Shown here: one piece after another, positions 13,925-28,106 of the stretch
Numbering within the stretch: the first letter of the stretch is position 1
Layout: the number at the start of each line of letters is the position of its first letter
NCBI RefSeq assembly: GCF_009914755.1
Contig: NC_060929.1
Source: the human T2T-CHM13v2.0 reference genome, Homo sapiens
Strand: one strand, 5' to 3'
DNA length: 64,000 nucleotides
The notes under the pieces: generated by a model
The model's input: the letters and a program-made list of their open reading frames with translations, nothing else
Databases searched by the model: none
Told to the model about the DNA's origin: nothing
Position numbers and translations under genes: made by a program

Positions 13925-14627
13925 CTAAATAAGATCTTCAGTGGCTTATACCTAACAAACATCAATTACAGTTCTTAAAACACATGAAATCACTTCTGAT
14001 TAAATAGTCCCCTGCTATCTCATTTATTAATTTCATTTTATTTAGGAAATGAATTTTTCATACTGTAAAGATAAACTGCAATTTGGCCTCTATCCAAATT
14101 ATCACAGATTCTTAATTAGCAAAATTTTCTCTGCAGTATAATGGAGAAATGAAGATAAGTAATGGATATCCTCAATTAAGGCCTGGAAGCTTTTGAGGAC
14201 TCTCTTCTTTTGAGTAGATATACAATAGAGGGGAAAAATTTTAATTTAAAGGATCATAAGGCTGGAAGAATCTTGAGACATTATCTGGATATACAACATC
14301 ACTTAACTCTTCTCAGCCAGATGAAGAAAAACCCTTTATTTACCAGACCTTCTGAGGAGGTGTCTCTATAGGGCCTCATTGCCCTACTTACCTGCCTTTT
14401 CTTCCAAAAGGGTTGAGTTACCAAGTCCACTAATGGCGATGTGTTAATGTTGTTACATGAAGGTTAGAGGAGAATAAGATGGATATACTCCAAAAGTGAT
14501 TGATAATTTCAAAGTCATTTATATGTGACTTTCAAAAAGTTGTTACATGATTCTGCCATAACAAATTTATCTTTTTATTTTTTAAATCCACGGTACAGCA
14601 AAGTTGCATGCATTTTCCTAAGGTCTC

Positions 14628-14945
14628 CTTTTCTTTTTTTTTTTTCCTTATTTTTTGAGACAGGGTCTCGTTCTGTTGCCCAGGCTGGAGTGCAGTGGTG
14701 TGATCACAGCTCACTGCAGCTTCAACCTCCCTGGCTCAGGTGATCCTCCTGCCTCAGCCTTCCTACTAACTGGGAATACAGGCATGTGCCACCATATCTG
14801 GCTGATTTTTGAATTATTTGTAGATAATTAACAACAGGTCTCCTTATGTTGTCCAGGCTGGTCTCAAACTCCTAGGCTCAAGTGATCCTTCTGCCTCAGC
14901 CTCGCAAAGGGCTGGAATTGCAGATGTGAGTCACCATGCCTGGCC
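14628..14945 (-). mobile_element. Alu (AluJ-like)
   Basis: Poly(T) followed by an antisense dimer. Confidence 0.9.
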
Positions 14946-16980
14946 CTCTTAAGGTGTCCTCTGAAGCTCTTCTTAGTGTGCCCTTACCTTAAATATTGTT
15001 TTCGAAGACTTCATTTTCAGCTAACTTCCACTTTAACCCTATTCACTCTCCTTAGCTGATCTCAGCTATTTCCTGCATGTATCCTAATGCACAAATCTCC
15101 TGAGCTCCACACATGCAGGTTGAAGGACTTTGTGGGCATCCTTCTAGATCACATAGGCCCTTCAAAAATGGCATCTTTGGGCAGTGAGGGGTGGGGAAAG
15201 ATGGCATCTTTAAATCTGAATTTATCACCTAAGCAGTCTCCAAGCCTCATCATTGCCCTAAATTTCATCAGTAGGTACCACAAGCACCACCTAAACCCAA
15301 AAACTATATTCTTTCTTTTATCTTTGGTACATCTAAGAAACCATTATGTTCTATTATTCCACCTCCTAAATATCACTCCACTGCTGCTGATTTGGTGCAG
15401 TCCTCCTTATTCACTGCCCTCTGGCCTTCTACTATCCTTCAGGAATCGCGAACTCTTTGCAGTTTCCCGGTGCACTATTTTCCCTCCTAACTCTGGACAT
15501 TTGTTTGCACATGGTATTTCTCCCACTTGGAATATCCTCCAAGCAGGTTACATCCATGGCAGATAGCGTATTTCTCTATAAGCCTGCAGTTCCTGAAGCC
15601 TCTCTCTCACTTCCAGGTTAAGTAGGTTGTTCTGAACAGTATTTCCTTCCCATCTTTTATAGATCCCCATTAGAGTACTTTTTTTCGTTTTGTATGGTAA
15701 TTGTTTGGAGCCACATGGCTGCCTATGTTTGCATCCCGCATGGGTGCCAATGAATAAATGAACAAACAAATATCGATGAGTGAAAAAGCGGAAGCCTCCC
15801 AAAAGTAGTATGTTGGATTAAGACTATCCCATGATGTAAAAAGAAAAGAAAAAAAAAACTTTTTAAATCTAGAGTTTTAAAAAACATAATTCCTACATGG
15901 ATTATTTTGAGCCGATTGCATTTGATTTGGAATTCCATATTTAACTCAGAGATTATTTTTGCTAAGTACAGACATCTTTGTTTACCTGGCCAGAAAGAAC
16001 CTACTGCCTACTTGGTATAATTTGAAAGGTGCTGAGGGTCCCCAAGCCACCTCTATCCAAAACTGGCCTAGGTACCTGTACTCTGCCAATAGAGTTACCC
16101 CTTTAAATGTTGGCAGGATGTCCGGAAAAACCTGTTCAAACCTCTGGCAGGGGTAATGTGTACACATTTCCATGTCCTCTCAGATTTATCAAAAACAGGT
16201 AAATCTTGATTAGCAGGAGAAGGCGGGTCAGGCCCACAAAGGACCCATTCTTCATTTTTTTCTATTTTCAGGATTCATTCTCTGTGCTTCTCCTATCTTG
16301 TGGTTCTCTTCCTTAGCAAAAAGAGGCTAACTGAGTCATAGATGCTGCTTTTCATGCTGAACCTCTATCATTTATTTCCCTTATATGGCTGAGAAATTCA
16401 TGTTGATGCTTGCAGTCAAAAATCCTTCACTTAATCTTGAATCATGGCTACCTGTGGGTATTTGCTGACTAGCCACTGTGGGTTAGGCTGTGGGAGAAGG
16501 AAGAAAAGGACCGGAAGTGGTGCTCTGAGAATAGTGATGGGAATGCTTTCAGAACTATAGTTAGGGGTCAAATTCATCAAATAAGTAGGTTTCAAAGAAA
16601 AAAATGTGTAGACTCACTTTAGCCCAAGCTAAATAATTCTTAATCCAGAATCTAACTTATCTGGATGTTTTGTCTGCTAATGTGTGTCTCTGTAGTAATG
16701 GTTCAGGGAGGGCATTTTGGTTTCACATTATTCTATTACTACTTGCCCTTCCCCCATTTCTTTGTGGTTTTCCCTCTCACTCATTCCTTCTTCAGTTCTT
16801 CCAGGTGCTGTTTGGATCCATATACTTATGGCAGTGGTCTCATATATGTATGAACTGATTACCAAATACCGCCTACTTCTTGCCGGAGTCAGTTTTTGCT
16901 CCTGTAAAAACAAATTATAACCCTACACTCAGCAACTTCAGAGAAGGTAACTTAGCGCTTTGGTCTGTTTCTCTCTACAG

Positions 16981-17091
16981 GTAAACAAAATAAAAACTCC
17001 TAAACAAATAGATGAGCTGATTGAAATTGAGAGTGACACAGGAACATGGTATAGGAGGTGTTTTGTTCGGATCCGCACCGAGCTGTACGGA
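16981..17091 (+). CDS. SV2C: SV2C coding exon (probable exon 7): VNKIKTPKQIDELIEIESDTGTWYRRCFVRIRTELYG
   Basis: ctctctacag acceptor, GTAAGT donor; 111 nt, phase 0-0; lies in ORF 16960..17337. Confidence 0.97.
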
Positions 17092-17527
17092 GTAAGTAAC
17101 AAGTCCCATGATGACCTGCATGTTAATTTATTGCATTTGAGGTTAGTCAGAAGAGGGGTTTACTGGGCCTGCCCTATGAGCGAGGTTCTTTCCTGCTGCC
17201 CAGGACACCTGACTCCTGGACTAGAGCCAGGTAATTGGATCCCACTCGACCAGCATTTAGCCAATACATTCCATCTGTGGGAAGGGAAAGTGTTAGGCCA
17301 GGAGTCTTGGCAGTGGCAGGGTGCCTTCAAATCTTGAGTTACCTTGTCCATTGACATCCAGGAAGCTGAAGAATGAAAATTCCAATTACCTTTAACTTTT
17401 ACATTTTAAGGTGAAATGAATCCAACCCAATGACAACTCAGCATTTTTTATAATTTGGTGGAAGGGGTCGGGGAGTGGGGTTGACTAAGTAACTGCATGA
17501 GAAAACTAACTCTCTAATATTTCACAG

Positions 17528-17616
17528 ATTTGGTTGACTTTTATGAGATGTTTCAACTACCCAGTCAGGGATAATACAATAAAGCTTACAATTGTTTGGT
17601 TCACCCTGTCCTTTGG
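17528..17616 (+). CDS. SV2C: SV2C coding exon (probable exon 8): IWLTFMRCFNYPVRDNTIKLTIVWFTLSF(G)
   Basis: ttcacag acceptor, GTAAGT donor; 89 nt. Confidence 0.96.
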
Positions 17617-18254
17617 GTAAGTGATATTTAAATTCTTGGCAAGCAAAATCGTTCAATGTCCACATTGTAACTCCTAGCCATGCTGCTTTCTTTTCTGATA
17701 CTGCTTGATGCTGTTAACCTGCTAAGGAAGAAATTTTTTTCAGCTTAGGTTTGCTGAGAGTTATGGTTTTTATAAACCAGTTATTTTATTTGTTTTGTCA
17801 TAAAGCTAAGGTAGCAAAACCAATTGTATCTGCAAAATCCAGTAAGGCCCTGGATGATTTGCCCCATGACTTCTCTGTCCTGTCCTCCTTTGCCCAGCCC
17901 CAGCCATACCAGCCTCTCTGCTCTTCTTTGAACATTCTAGAACAGTTCCCATCTCGGGCCTTTGCGGTGTTCCTCTGCCTGAGTTGCTTTCCCCTCCAGA
18001 CATCTGCCCAGTTCATTTCTTTACCCTCTTCAACTCTTTCCTCAGATGTCACCTTCTCAGTGATGTCATCCTCTCTTTTTAAAAAATTGCAGCCCCTCCA
18101 CACTCCCTATCCCCTTCTCAGCTCTACTTTACCCCACAGCACTTTCTACCTTCTAATATGCAAAACACTCCTTTATTCTGTATAAAGAGTAAAGCTCTGG
18201 CTTCCCTCTCTGGAAGCTCCATGAGGACAGGGGTTTTTAACTGCCTTGTTCAAA

Positions 18255-18428
18255 GCTGAGTGTGGTGCCATCCACCTATATTCCAAGCTATTCTGGAAGC
18301 TGAGGTGAAGGATTGCTTGAGCCCAGGAGTTGGAAGCTTAAGAGTGTTATAATCACACCTGTTACTAGCCACTGCCCTCCAGCCTGGGCAACATATCAAG
18401 ACCCCATTTCTAAAAAAATAATAATAAT
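18255..18428 (+). mobile_element. FAM (fossil Alu monomer) within L2 sequence
   Basis: Monomer with FAM-type cacctgttactagccactgc segment. Confidence 0.75.
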
Positions 18429-19489
18429 TTTGTTTATGTCTTGTTCACTGATGTATATTCCTGGCATGTAATAGCAGCTCAATAAATAGTTGTTGCCAAA
18501 TGAATTAAACTGCCATATATGTGTTCCAGGAAAAGAGGAAATAGGGAGAAAATAACAAGATTTTATTTGTTAATCGCTGACATAGTCACTTTAGAATGTG
18601 TGTGTACAACTCTATTGTTGCCTAATTTGCTGTTTAGAAAAGAAAAATTAGATAATACTCTACACTTTCAGGTCAGCAGGAACTCAGTACCTTATAGAAC
18701 CTAACATTTATGTTGCAAGTTTCATCTCTTAACATCCCTAAATCAAACCAGGCAAGTGATCTAAGGTGACCACTCTTTCTTAGTGCCTGAGGAGGTGGAA
18801 TACGGAGAAAGAAGGAAGCTGGGAGTCAGGAGACCTAGCAGCCCATTCTGCTGGGTGACTTGGTTAGCTTGTGACTTGGAGACATTTCTCAGTTCCTCAT
18901 TTCTAAATTAAGAGGGTTGACTTAGAATATGTAAAGTAATTCCCACCCAAGCTCTAGAAAATCCATTAATCTCTGAAGGAAGGGAAGGCTAAATATTAAC
19001 CTATATTAAGTGCTTACTCTGTACCTAAGCAAGGGGTTAAAGACAAAGAAGACAAAGATAAGCAAGAAGGAAGTCCTGCTGTCAAGGTGTAAAGAGTAAT
19101 CATCATTATCTGGCTTGTTTATTTTGTTTACTAATTCATTATTGATCATATTTTAAGCTTTATGATTTGTTTTACTGCTATATCCCTGGAACCTCAATAG
19201 TGCCTAGTATTTAGTGCGTGTTCGGTAAATGTTTGCTAAATAAATGACAAATTAGCCAAAAGCCCTCCACATCATTGATGATGGATGGACATTCCAAGGT
19301 AATGTGCCCTCCTCATTGTTGCCATTTCAAGGTTTGTGCCCCATGTATGTGACTAGAGAACAATGCCATAAATGTTGTACCCCTAAGTCATTTCTTCCTC
19401 AATAACTACCCTCACACCCCCACAGACATTACTATGAAGAAAAGGGGTGGGAATCCTGAGGCACAGATGTTTTTGGAATCCTAATGACA

Positions 19490-19710
19490 ATGATGATAAA
19501 AACGACTCATACTGTCTTCTGAGCACTTTCTATGTGCTAGGTACTTGACATCCCATTTAAACTGAGCAACCACCCAGGAAGGTGGATATTCCCATCATTC
19601 CAATAGTAGAGATGGGCAACTGAGGCTTAGATAACTGGCCCAAGTTTAGGCAGCTAGTAAGCGACAAGACCAGGATTCAAACCCAGCCTGTCCTCCTGCA
19701 AAGGCTATGC
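19490..19710 (-). mobile_element. MIR
   Basis: gagcactttctatgtgctagg...caactgaggcttag...ggattcaaacccag core. Confidence 0.7.
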
Positions 19711-19921
19711 CCATACTCTCTTCTTTCCCTGTGTAGCTAAGTGTCACTGGGAATAAACTAGAGCAGTGGTTCTCAAACTTGAACGTGCATCAGAAGAATC
19801 CCTGGAGGACTCCCCTGCCAAAGTTTTTAATTCATCAGGTCTCACTGGAACCTGGGTTTGTGGGGGATGATGATCCTGCTGGTCCGGGGACCTTATCTTA
19901 TCTTAGGAGGTACTACTTTAG

Positions 19922-20530
<609 letters not shown>

Positions 20531-20844
20531 CAGCATGACACAGCTGTTAGAATAACACATTAGAGGTCAAGAGGCAGAAAGGGGAAATAACTTGGAATCT
20601 CTGAGAATAACACGAATGTCCTCTTCCCAGCCTCTAACTACCTTGGGAACTGGCATTCTACCCCCAGGATAGCAGTATCACAGCAGTGTAGGAACCAAGA
20701 AAGATTCCCCATTAGCAAAAGAGGTCATTCTTTAGGGGCTCTCACCGTGCTTGGATCCCAGGAGTTTGTACCACCAGACTAGGAGAGAGAGTTTCTCAGA
20801 GCAGACTGGAATGATGAGAAAGATATTGGGGCCAGGATGTCAGA

Positions 20845-21245
20845 TGTCTTACTCCATTTCTGCTGCTATAACAAAATACCACAACAGGTAATTTGTAAAT
20901 AATAGGAATTTTATTTTTCACAGTCCTGAAGACTGGAAGTCCAAGCTCAAGCTGCTGGCAGATTCAGTGTGCAGTAATGGCACAGTCTCTGCTTCCAAGA
21001 TGGCAGCTTGTCGCTGAGTCCTCCAGAGGGGACAAATACTGTGTCCTCAGTGGTAGAAGGGATGGAAGGGAAAAAGTGAGAGAGGCAGCACCCTCGCACC
21101 TCTTTTTATAAGGACATTAATCTCATTCATGAGGTCTCTGCCCTCATAACTTAATCACCTCCTAAAGCCCCCACCTCTAATATTATTATACTGGGGTTTA
21201 AGTTCCAACACATAAGTTTTGGAAGGACACATTCAGACCAGGCAC
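20845..21245 (-). mobile_element. MST/MLT1A-type MaLR LTR
   Basis: tgtcttactccatttctgctgctataacaaaatacc... characteristic MaLR sequence. Confidence 0.75.
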
Positions 21246-21538
21246 CATGTATGGGCATAAGATCGGATGCTTTCTGCATGTCTCTTCCCAAAGGAAGGGT
21301 TTAGGAATTACATACCTGGGGTTCTCCAGCTAACCATAGGCCATCTCTCAAGCTTGATTTTTGCAGATTAATGCTGGGGGAGAGGGACACATGGATTGCT
21401 GTATGATGAATTACTCATAATGTTATAGGGAGCCAGCCATTCTCCGGGAACTATTACCAGTCTGAAAACATCAGGGAGTTGCTCATTGCCTCTGGCATGC
21501 TAGTGCCTTTACAAACTCACATTTCTTTGTCTTTGCAG

Positions 21539-21703
21539 GTACTATGGATTATCCGTTTGGTTCCCTGATGTCATTAAACCTCTGCAGTCCGATGAATATG
21601 CATTGCTAACCAGAAATGTGGAGAGAGATAAATATGCAAATTTCAGTATTAACTTTACAATGGAAAATCAGATTCATACTGGAATGGAATACGACAATGG
21701 CAG
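21539..21703 (+). CDS. SV2C: SV2C coding exon (probable exon 9): YYGLSVWFPDVIKPLQSDEYALLTRNVERDKYANFSINFTMENQIHTGMEYDNG(R), start of luminal domain 4
   Basis: ctttgcag acceptor, GTCTAG donor; 165 nt, phase 2-2. Confidence 0.96.
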
Positions 21704-24554
21704 GTCTAGAAACTTGAAATAATTTAATTTGCTACCTATTCACAAAAACTTATTTCTTCTTAGCTTTCCCTGCACTGAAACAGGCATAGTTTTTTGTTTG
21801 TTTGTTTTAGTTTGTACATTTAGTCATTTTCATGATGAATTTCAATACTTCTTAATAGGCTTTAAATAAAAGGTACAAATGTATCCATTACTTCACTTAA
21901 AACTATTTTTGCAGCTAAGTTCCTTCATATTTATTAGGTAGTGGACTTGACTGGTGTGGAAGGAAAATTTAGAGCAATGTTGGAGAGCAACAAAAATAAT
22001 GGAAGGAAGAGAAGAGTGAAGAGTATGGGAAAATAAGACAGGCTATAGGATTATTTAATTCACAGAAGAAATCTGAAATGTGATTATATGAGTCTTCTAT
22101 TCCTGAGAAACAGAGCCACTTTTCAGAATTCATCCTTCCCAATACGCTGAATCCAGAATTGAGGTTAAATTGCATCAGGAAGAGTTTCAATTAGAGAACA
22201 GGAATCATTCCCCAAAGTAAAGGGCTTTGAAAGACGGAAGGGTCTCCTTTATGGGATCTGAAATACTTCTTGATGACAAGAGAGAACTGACTCAGGGAGG
22301 TGGTCCTGGGTCATTCTTTTAGAGATGGAAAAGAGTAGACCAAGTACTTGTTTATATCCAAGTATTTTTGTTGCCTGAACAAATAATTGCCAGTGTAAGT
22401 TCATGATAGTTTACATCATTCTTAGGAAGTTGTCCCAATTTCAAAAGTGATAAAATAAAACTCTAAAATAATCAAAGTTCCCCAGGGCAAAAACCAGTTC
22501 AGAAAGATGAAAAAGAATTCAGTGGGATGCTTATGATCTATGTAATGGAAAAGAGGGTTACTAACTAGGAGGTAATTGTTCAAATTAGCAATTCAATGAA
22601 GGAACTAATCATCATCCAAGCCAAGTGGGATCACCTTCACTCTCCCACATAAAATACTGACTTGAATCTGCACTTAGCATTTCACAGAAAGCTTAGTGTC
22701 AAGTCCTCTGTGATGCCAGGGTGAAAACTGACTTTCAAAAGTATTGTTACTCCATTAGAAATTTCTAATATATGTTTGTGTCTCTGACAGTCATATTTTT
22801 AGTAATATATGTTAAAGTTCTAAACTGGATACTCAGTCACTGCTTAGAACTTTTTTACATTAGCAATATAATGATTACTAATTTTAATAGTATTACAGTT
22901 TTTGTAAAACATATGTTACACATTTATTTTAAAAGATGATAGAAACAATTTTTTTGTCCTTCAGGAAAATTTGAAATACCATTAACGAAATTTTTTAAAA
23001 AATAGCTTTTTTATTCAGCATCATAAAATGGCAACTCTTTATATACTGATACGGAATAACCTCCAAGGTAGACTAGAAGGAGATAAAGCAGGTGTACTTT
23101 AGACACAGAATGCTCCTGGAGGAGCACACAAGAAACTGACAACAATGGTTATTCTGGGCAGAGGAACTTGTGGCCTGGGGATGGATGGGAAAAGACTGAC
23201 TTTTTCCATTTTCAACCTTTCGAATTGTGCACCATGTGTACTCTCTGAATTATCCATTCAAAAAATAAAACTGATTCATTCCCTTTTCCAAATTCAGTTC
23301 CATGACAGAAAAAATTGATAACTTTTTAAAGATGTGCCATTATTTAGTCTCTTTTGGTGCATTTAGATGTTTTTACTCTGGGTCCCTGGAGTGGGGATTG
23401 AAACGAGATCATTATTATTATTTCCAGGTAATGTACCATGGGAATGATTTCTTTTTTAAGCTGATTGGTCTGTGAGGCCATGTGCATTTTGAACCAACAC
23501 ACGTAATTGGGTATTAGGGAGAGAATAAATTTGAAAGTACTCAATAGTTAGTAAACTGCTTTTAAATCAACCTACTTACCTAGAAGGATCAGTCCCTTTC
23601 TGCCCCTAATAAGAGTGGTATTGACATAACAACTCCTTCCCGAGGAGAACAAGCATTTTCCTCTCAGTGACTGGCTAAGTGTACATTCATAGTCTCTTAA
23701 TAAAGTACCAGGACACGTTAATGAATATTTATCTGTGTCTGCTGGGAGTCCTTATCAATGCTGATAAGGCCTGGATCATGGACTCTTCTAAGATGTTATT
23801 ATCATTATGACTGTTACCATTTTTACCACGTAGAATTCCCCCTTATAATACCCAAAAATATACCTGAACAGGTTTCATCATTCTTCATGTTTCCAAAAAT
23901 AAGCAGAGTTCTCATAATTCCTTTTGGTTCAAGGACTATCTGTTGGCTGTGAGAAGAAAAATTATCCTGGAAATGAGCGTCACCTATGAGTTTCTTCAAC
24001 CCCAAGTCAGTTATTCCTCACATAAATGAAACAGAATTCTCATGCTCTCTCTTCAGGATAATTACAGGTCCCTACACTAGAATGAAGAAGACTTGGATTT
24101 TCAGCTAGGGAAAAATAAAGTTATTAAAAGATCGGGTAGGAGGACATCCTTAAGTTAGAGCCATTAACCCCAAATAGAGAATATTCAAATAAAGATATAC
24201 ATGAAGAGACGATAGGATTAAAACCTAAAGAATAGCCCCAGGTAATCCCCAAACTATCTTCAGTTGCATACCCCACAAAACTTTTTACCAACATTGCAAA
24301 AAGCTAAGGGAAGTTAGGAGTGTCATCTCTTTTCCTGGTGAAAAATAATATTGGTAAGCAATAAGATAGCCAAAGGTCAGCCTGGATGAGAAAAAGGGGA
24401 AAAAGCAGAGAGCTAAGAAAATCAAGAACTCTGTGTTCTTTATAATTAAGACAGTCCATAGTGGGGCATTCCATCTCTAAAACTATTTGACTTAGCTTTG
24501 AACTTTGATGGACACAGTCATTGATTGATATGAATTTTTCTGTGTGTTGGGCAG

Positions 24555-24688
24555 ATTCATAGGGGTCAAGTTCAAATCTGTAACTTTCAAAGACTCTGTT
24601 TTTAAGTCCTGCACCTTTGAGGATGTAACTTCAGTGAACACCTACTTCAAGAACTGCACATTTATTGACACTGTTTTTAACAACACAG
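24555..24688 (+). CDS. SV2C: SV2C coding exon (probable exon 10): FIGVKFKSVTFKDSVFKSCTFEDVTSVNTYFKNCTFIDTVFNNT, pentapeptide-repeat luminal domain
   Basis: gggcag acceptor, GTAGGT donor; 134 nt; Phe at nearly every fifth residue. Confidence 0.97.
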
Positions 24689-25827
24689 GTAGGTGTGCTA
24701 CTTAGTACTGCCTCTACCTGAGGCCTCTCCAAAGGGCCCACTGTGATAACCATGTGATAATGTGGGCAGAGGCTTATGCGGGAAGTGGATATTAAAGAAT
24801 AAATGGAACAAGTTCTCTAAATCAGGTTGGATCAAAGGTTGGCTTGTATTGTTTGTCTTTGTCAGATTTAGTGCAAATGGAGCTTGCCAAAGTTCAAAAG
24901 TTGGCAACAACAACAACAAAAAAATCCTTTGATGAATAAATTTTTAAAGCAAAGACCTAACCTGTAGTTTATTTGTTTTGATAATCCTGGGTTCAAAATC
25001 TGGTGTTTGTTTAAATGCCTCAACTCTATAGCCAACAGAGATAGACAACATGTGGCTATGCTCAGATACATATATATTTTGGCCAAATCCATATAATGGG
25101 GTATTTTAAACTCCCCAGGGGGAAAAAAAAGGAAGGCAAACAAGCATTGATTGAACACCTATATACTGTTTTCTACTCTAGGTCATTAGACATTCATTAT
25201 CTCATTTAGTTTTCACAGTAGCTGAGGCTTAGGAAAGTTAAGTAATTTGTCCACAATTATAGAACTAGTAATAACAGATGTTTGAACCCAGATTTATTTG
25301 ATTTCAAAGCCTGTGCCTTCCACTTTCCCACTCCCAAACATTGGTCTGTGTGTCCTATAAAATGAATCCAGCATAACAGCGTGGCATTGGCAGGAGCATC
25401 AGCATTTGCCCTGTTGCCAGACCTGCCTTCTTAGTGCTCAGACAAGGGCTCTGCCTAGCTCCAAAGAAGAATGAGGTCAGGTGTCTTTCTGTTTTTTGTT
25501 TTTTGAGCAATGCTATCTACCTGTCTTCTAACCCATTAAACCTCAGAAGACGAACATTTTGTCAGATCTTGATCAGCAAGGAAGATAGTTTCAATTCTCA
25601 CAGCCTTTTAGCAGAAACCACCACCATCTGCAACTCTTCTTGGATGGTTTCAAATTCAAGAAAAGATTAGCAATGAATGCTGGTGACCTTCAGATGAGGC
25701 TGACTCTTGTTCCTCAGTAGATTCATGCACATAGACTTTAAATTATAAATTCAGCCTCAGGAAAGACTTGTTCCTTCTCTGTGCCCTCTAGTCTCATAAA
25801 ATGGCAATGATAAGGCTGACTCTTGCA

Positions 25828-25917
25828 CTTTTTTTTCCTTAGAGACAGGGTCTTGCTCTGTCATCCAGGCTGGAGTACAGTGGCGCAATCACAGCTCACT
25901 GCGGCCTCAAATAAAAA

Positions 25918-25956
<39 letters not shown>

Positions 25957-26077
25957 TTTGTAGAGATGGTGTCTCACTATGTTGTCCAAGCTAGTCTTGA
26001 ACTCCTGGCTCAAGCAATCCTCCTGCCTCATCCTCCCAAAGCACTGGGATTACAGGCATGAGGCACCACACCCAGCC
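25828..26077 (-). mobile_element. AluJ with an internal deletion and (ATT)n at ~25918-25955
   Basis: Antisense right-arm fragment, ATT microsatellite, left arm. Confidence 0.85.
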
Positions 26078-26492
26078 CATGCACATTTTGAAACAAATTG
26101 TTTTTATAATTGTAGTATGGACACTATTAGTACTATAATGATAGTCTTTATGTAACATGATAATTAGGACATAGTAATATTGTAAAGGAGTAAGCAAGTA
26201 ATATAATTAGCAATGGCCGACCATAGGAAATCAGAAGATAACTGGACCCCTTAATTTAATGTATTCCTTTATTCAGCAAAGGTATCTCATCATTCACCTA
26301 CTTTATGATGTGAAGACCCAGACTAGATCCTATGCTTTGGCCAGAAGACCCAAAAAGTCAAGCTAGCATAGGCCTGAAAGCCCTCAAGGAATTTACAATA
26401 CTGGTTTCCTCTCCGAATCCTCCATAGGCTTTCTTATACTGGTGCATGCCTGGTAAGAGCTTGATGAATTGTCTTTGTTGTTGTTTCTACAG

Positions 26493-26696
26493 ATTTTGAG
26501 CCATATAAATTCATTGACAGTGAATTTAAAAACTGCTCGTTTTTTCACAACAAGACGGGATGTCAGATTACCTTTGATGATGACTATAGTGCCTACTGGA
26601 TTTATTTTGTCAACTTTCTGGGGACATTGGCAGTATTGCCAGGGAACATTGTGTCTGCTCTGCTGATGGACAGAATTGGGCGCTTAACAATGCTAG
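26493..26696 (+). CDS. SV2C: SV2C coding exon (probable exon 11): (D)FEPYKFIDSEFKNCSFFHNKTGCQITFDDDYSAYWIYFVNFLGTLAVLPGNIVSALLMDRIGRLTML
   Basis: ttctacag acceptor, GTATGT donor; 204 nt, phase 1-1; MFS DRIGR motif. Confidence 0.97.
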
Positions 26697-27149
26697 GTAT
26701 GTACTCAGTTTCATGTCAAATAAAAGAGCTGCCCCTGCAATCCAGAGGGACCCTGTTTCCCCCTGTACTCCCATCTATTAGGGATTTGCATCCAATAAGG
26801 AGAAATCCTTTAGACCTTACGTTGGGACTAAATTATAGTGAAAATTATGTCTAATTACATTTCATTTGAGTGGTTTCCATGAGTTAACAGACTGAAAAAC
26901 TATGTGTAAAATGTATATTTTCCCACTCAAGTAGCTGAGTAAAAGATGATATGCATTTCATACTTTCTGTGTTCAGAGGCAGTTAGAGCCTTTCATTCAG
27001 GTGAATGCACCAGTTCTTGAGCTTTATGGAGCCCATCCTGCAGCTTCCACTTAGAATTCAGTTTTCTTGAGCAATCCCAAGGACCCAAGGGTTCTTGCTT
27101 TACTAAGATGACAGGAAACATTCCAGCCTTTTGTCTGCATTGTTGGCAG

Positions 27150-27309
27150 GTGGCTCTATGGTGCTTTCGGGGATCAGCTGTTTCTTCCTTTGGTTCGGCA
27201 CCAGTGAATCCATGATGATAGGCATGCTGTGTCTGTACAATGGATTGACCATCTCAGCCTGGAACTCTCTTGACGTGGTCACTGTGGAACTGTACCCCAC
27301 AGACCGGAG
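27150..27309 (+). CDS. SV2C: SV2C coding exon (probable exon 12): (G)GSMVLSGISCFFLWFGTSESMMIGMLCLYNGLTISAWNSLDVVTVELYPTDR(R)
   Basis: ttggcag acceptor, GTATGT donor; 160 nt; ELYPT motif. Confidence 0.97.
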
Positions 27310-27371
27310 GTATGTTGAAATGGGCCTCTAGTAAGAGGCACTCTAAGCCCTGTGAGACCACTGAAAAATTA

Positions 27372-27694
<323 letters not shown>

Positions 27695-28106
27695 GCCAAA
27701 CTGTCACTTCCCCAGGAAAGTAAAAATCCAAAAATATCTGGCTTCACAAAGTTGTAGGTTCCACTCATATCTTTTAAAAAGAAAATATAGGGGAACATAT
27801 GTGCTAGAAGGAATTAATAGGGCAATGAAGCCAGTGAAGGAATTTAAGTGTGTCCTTAACTTAGTTTGTAGGCTAACAATATGAGGAAGCTGTAATGAAG
27901 CAGTGAGGATTAGAGTTTAATAGCCTATCTTAGCCCACATTTTAAGTGGCTAACCAGTCCTTAGAGGGTCGTTTCCTTAGGTTTGCAGATGTGTCTGCAT
28001 GAGCTCTGCATTAAGCAACCACAAAGAGGTATCTAGAACATATCTCTTGACCTTCCTGGTTTGTTGGAGGAAAGCCAAACACATTTCTAGTTATAAAAAA
28101 CAATTG

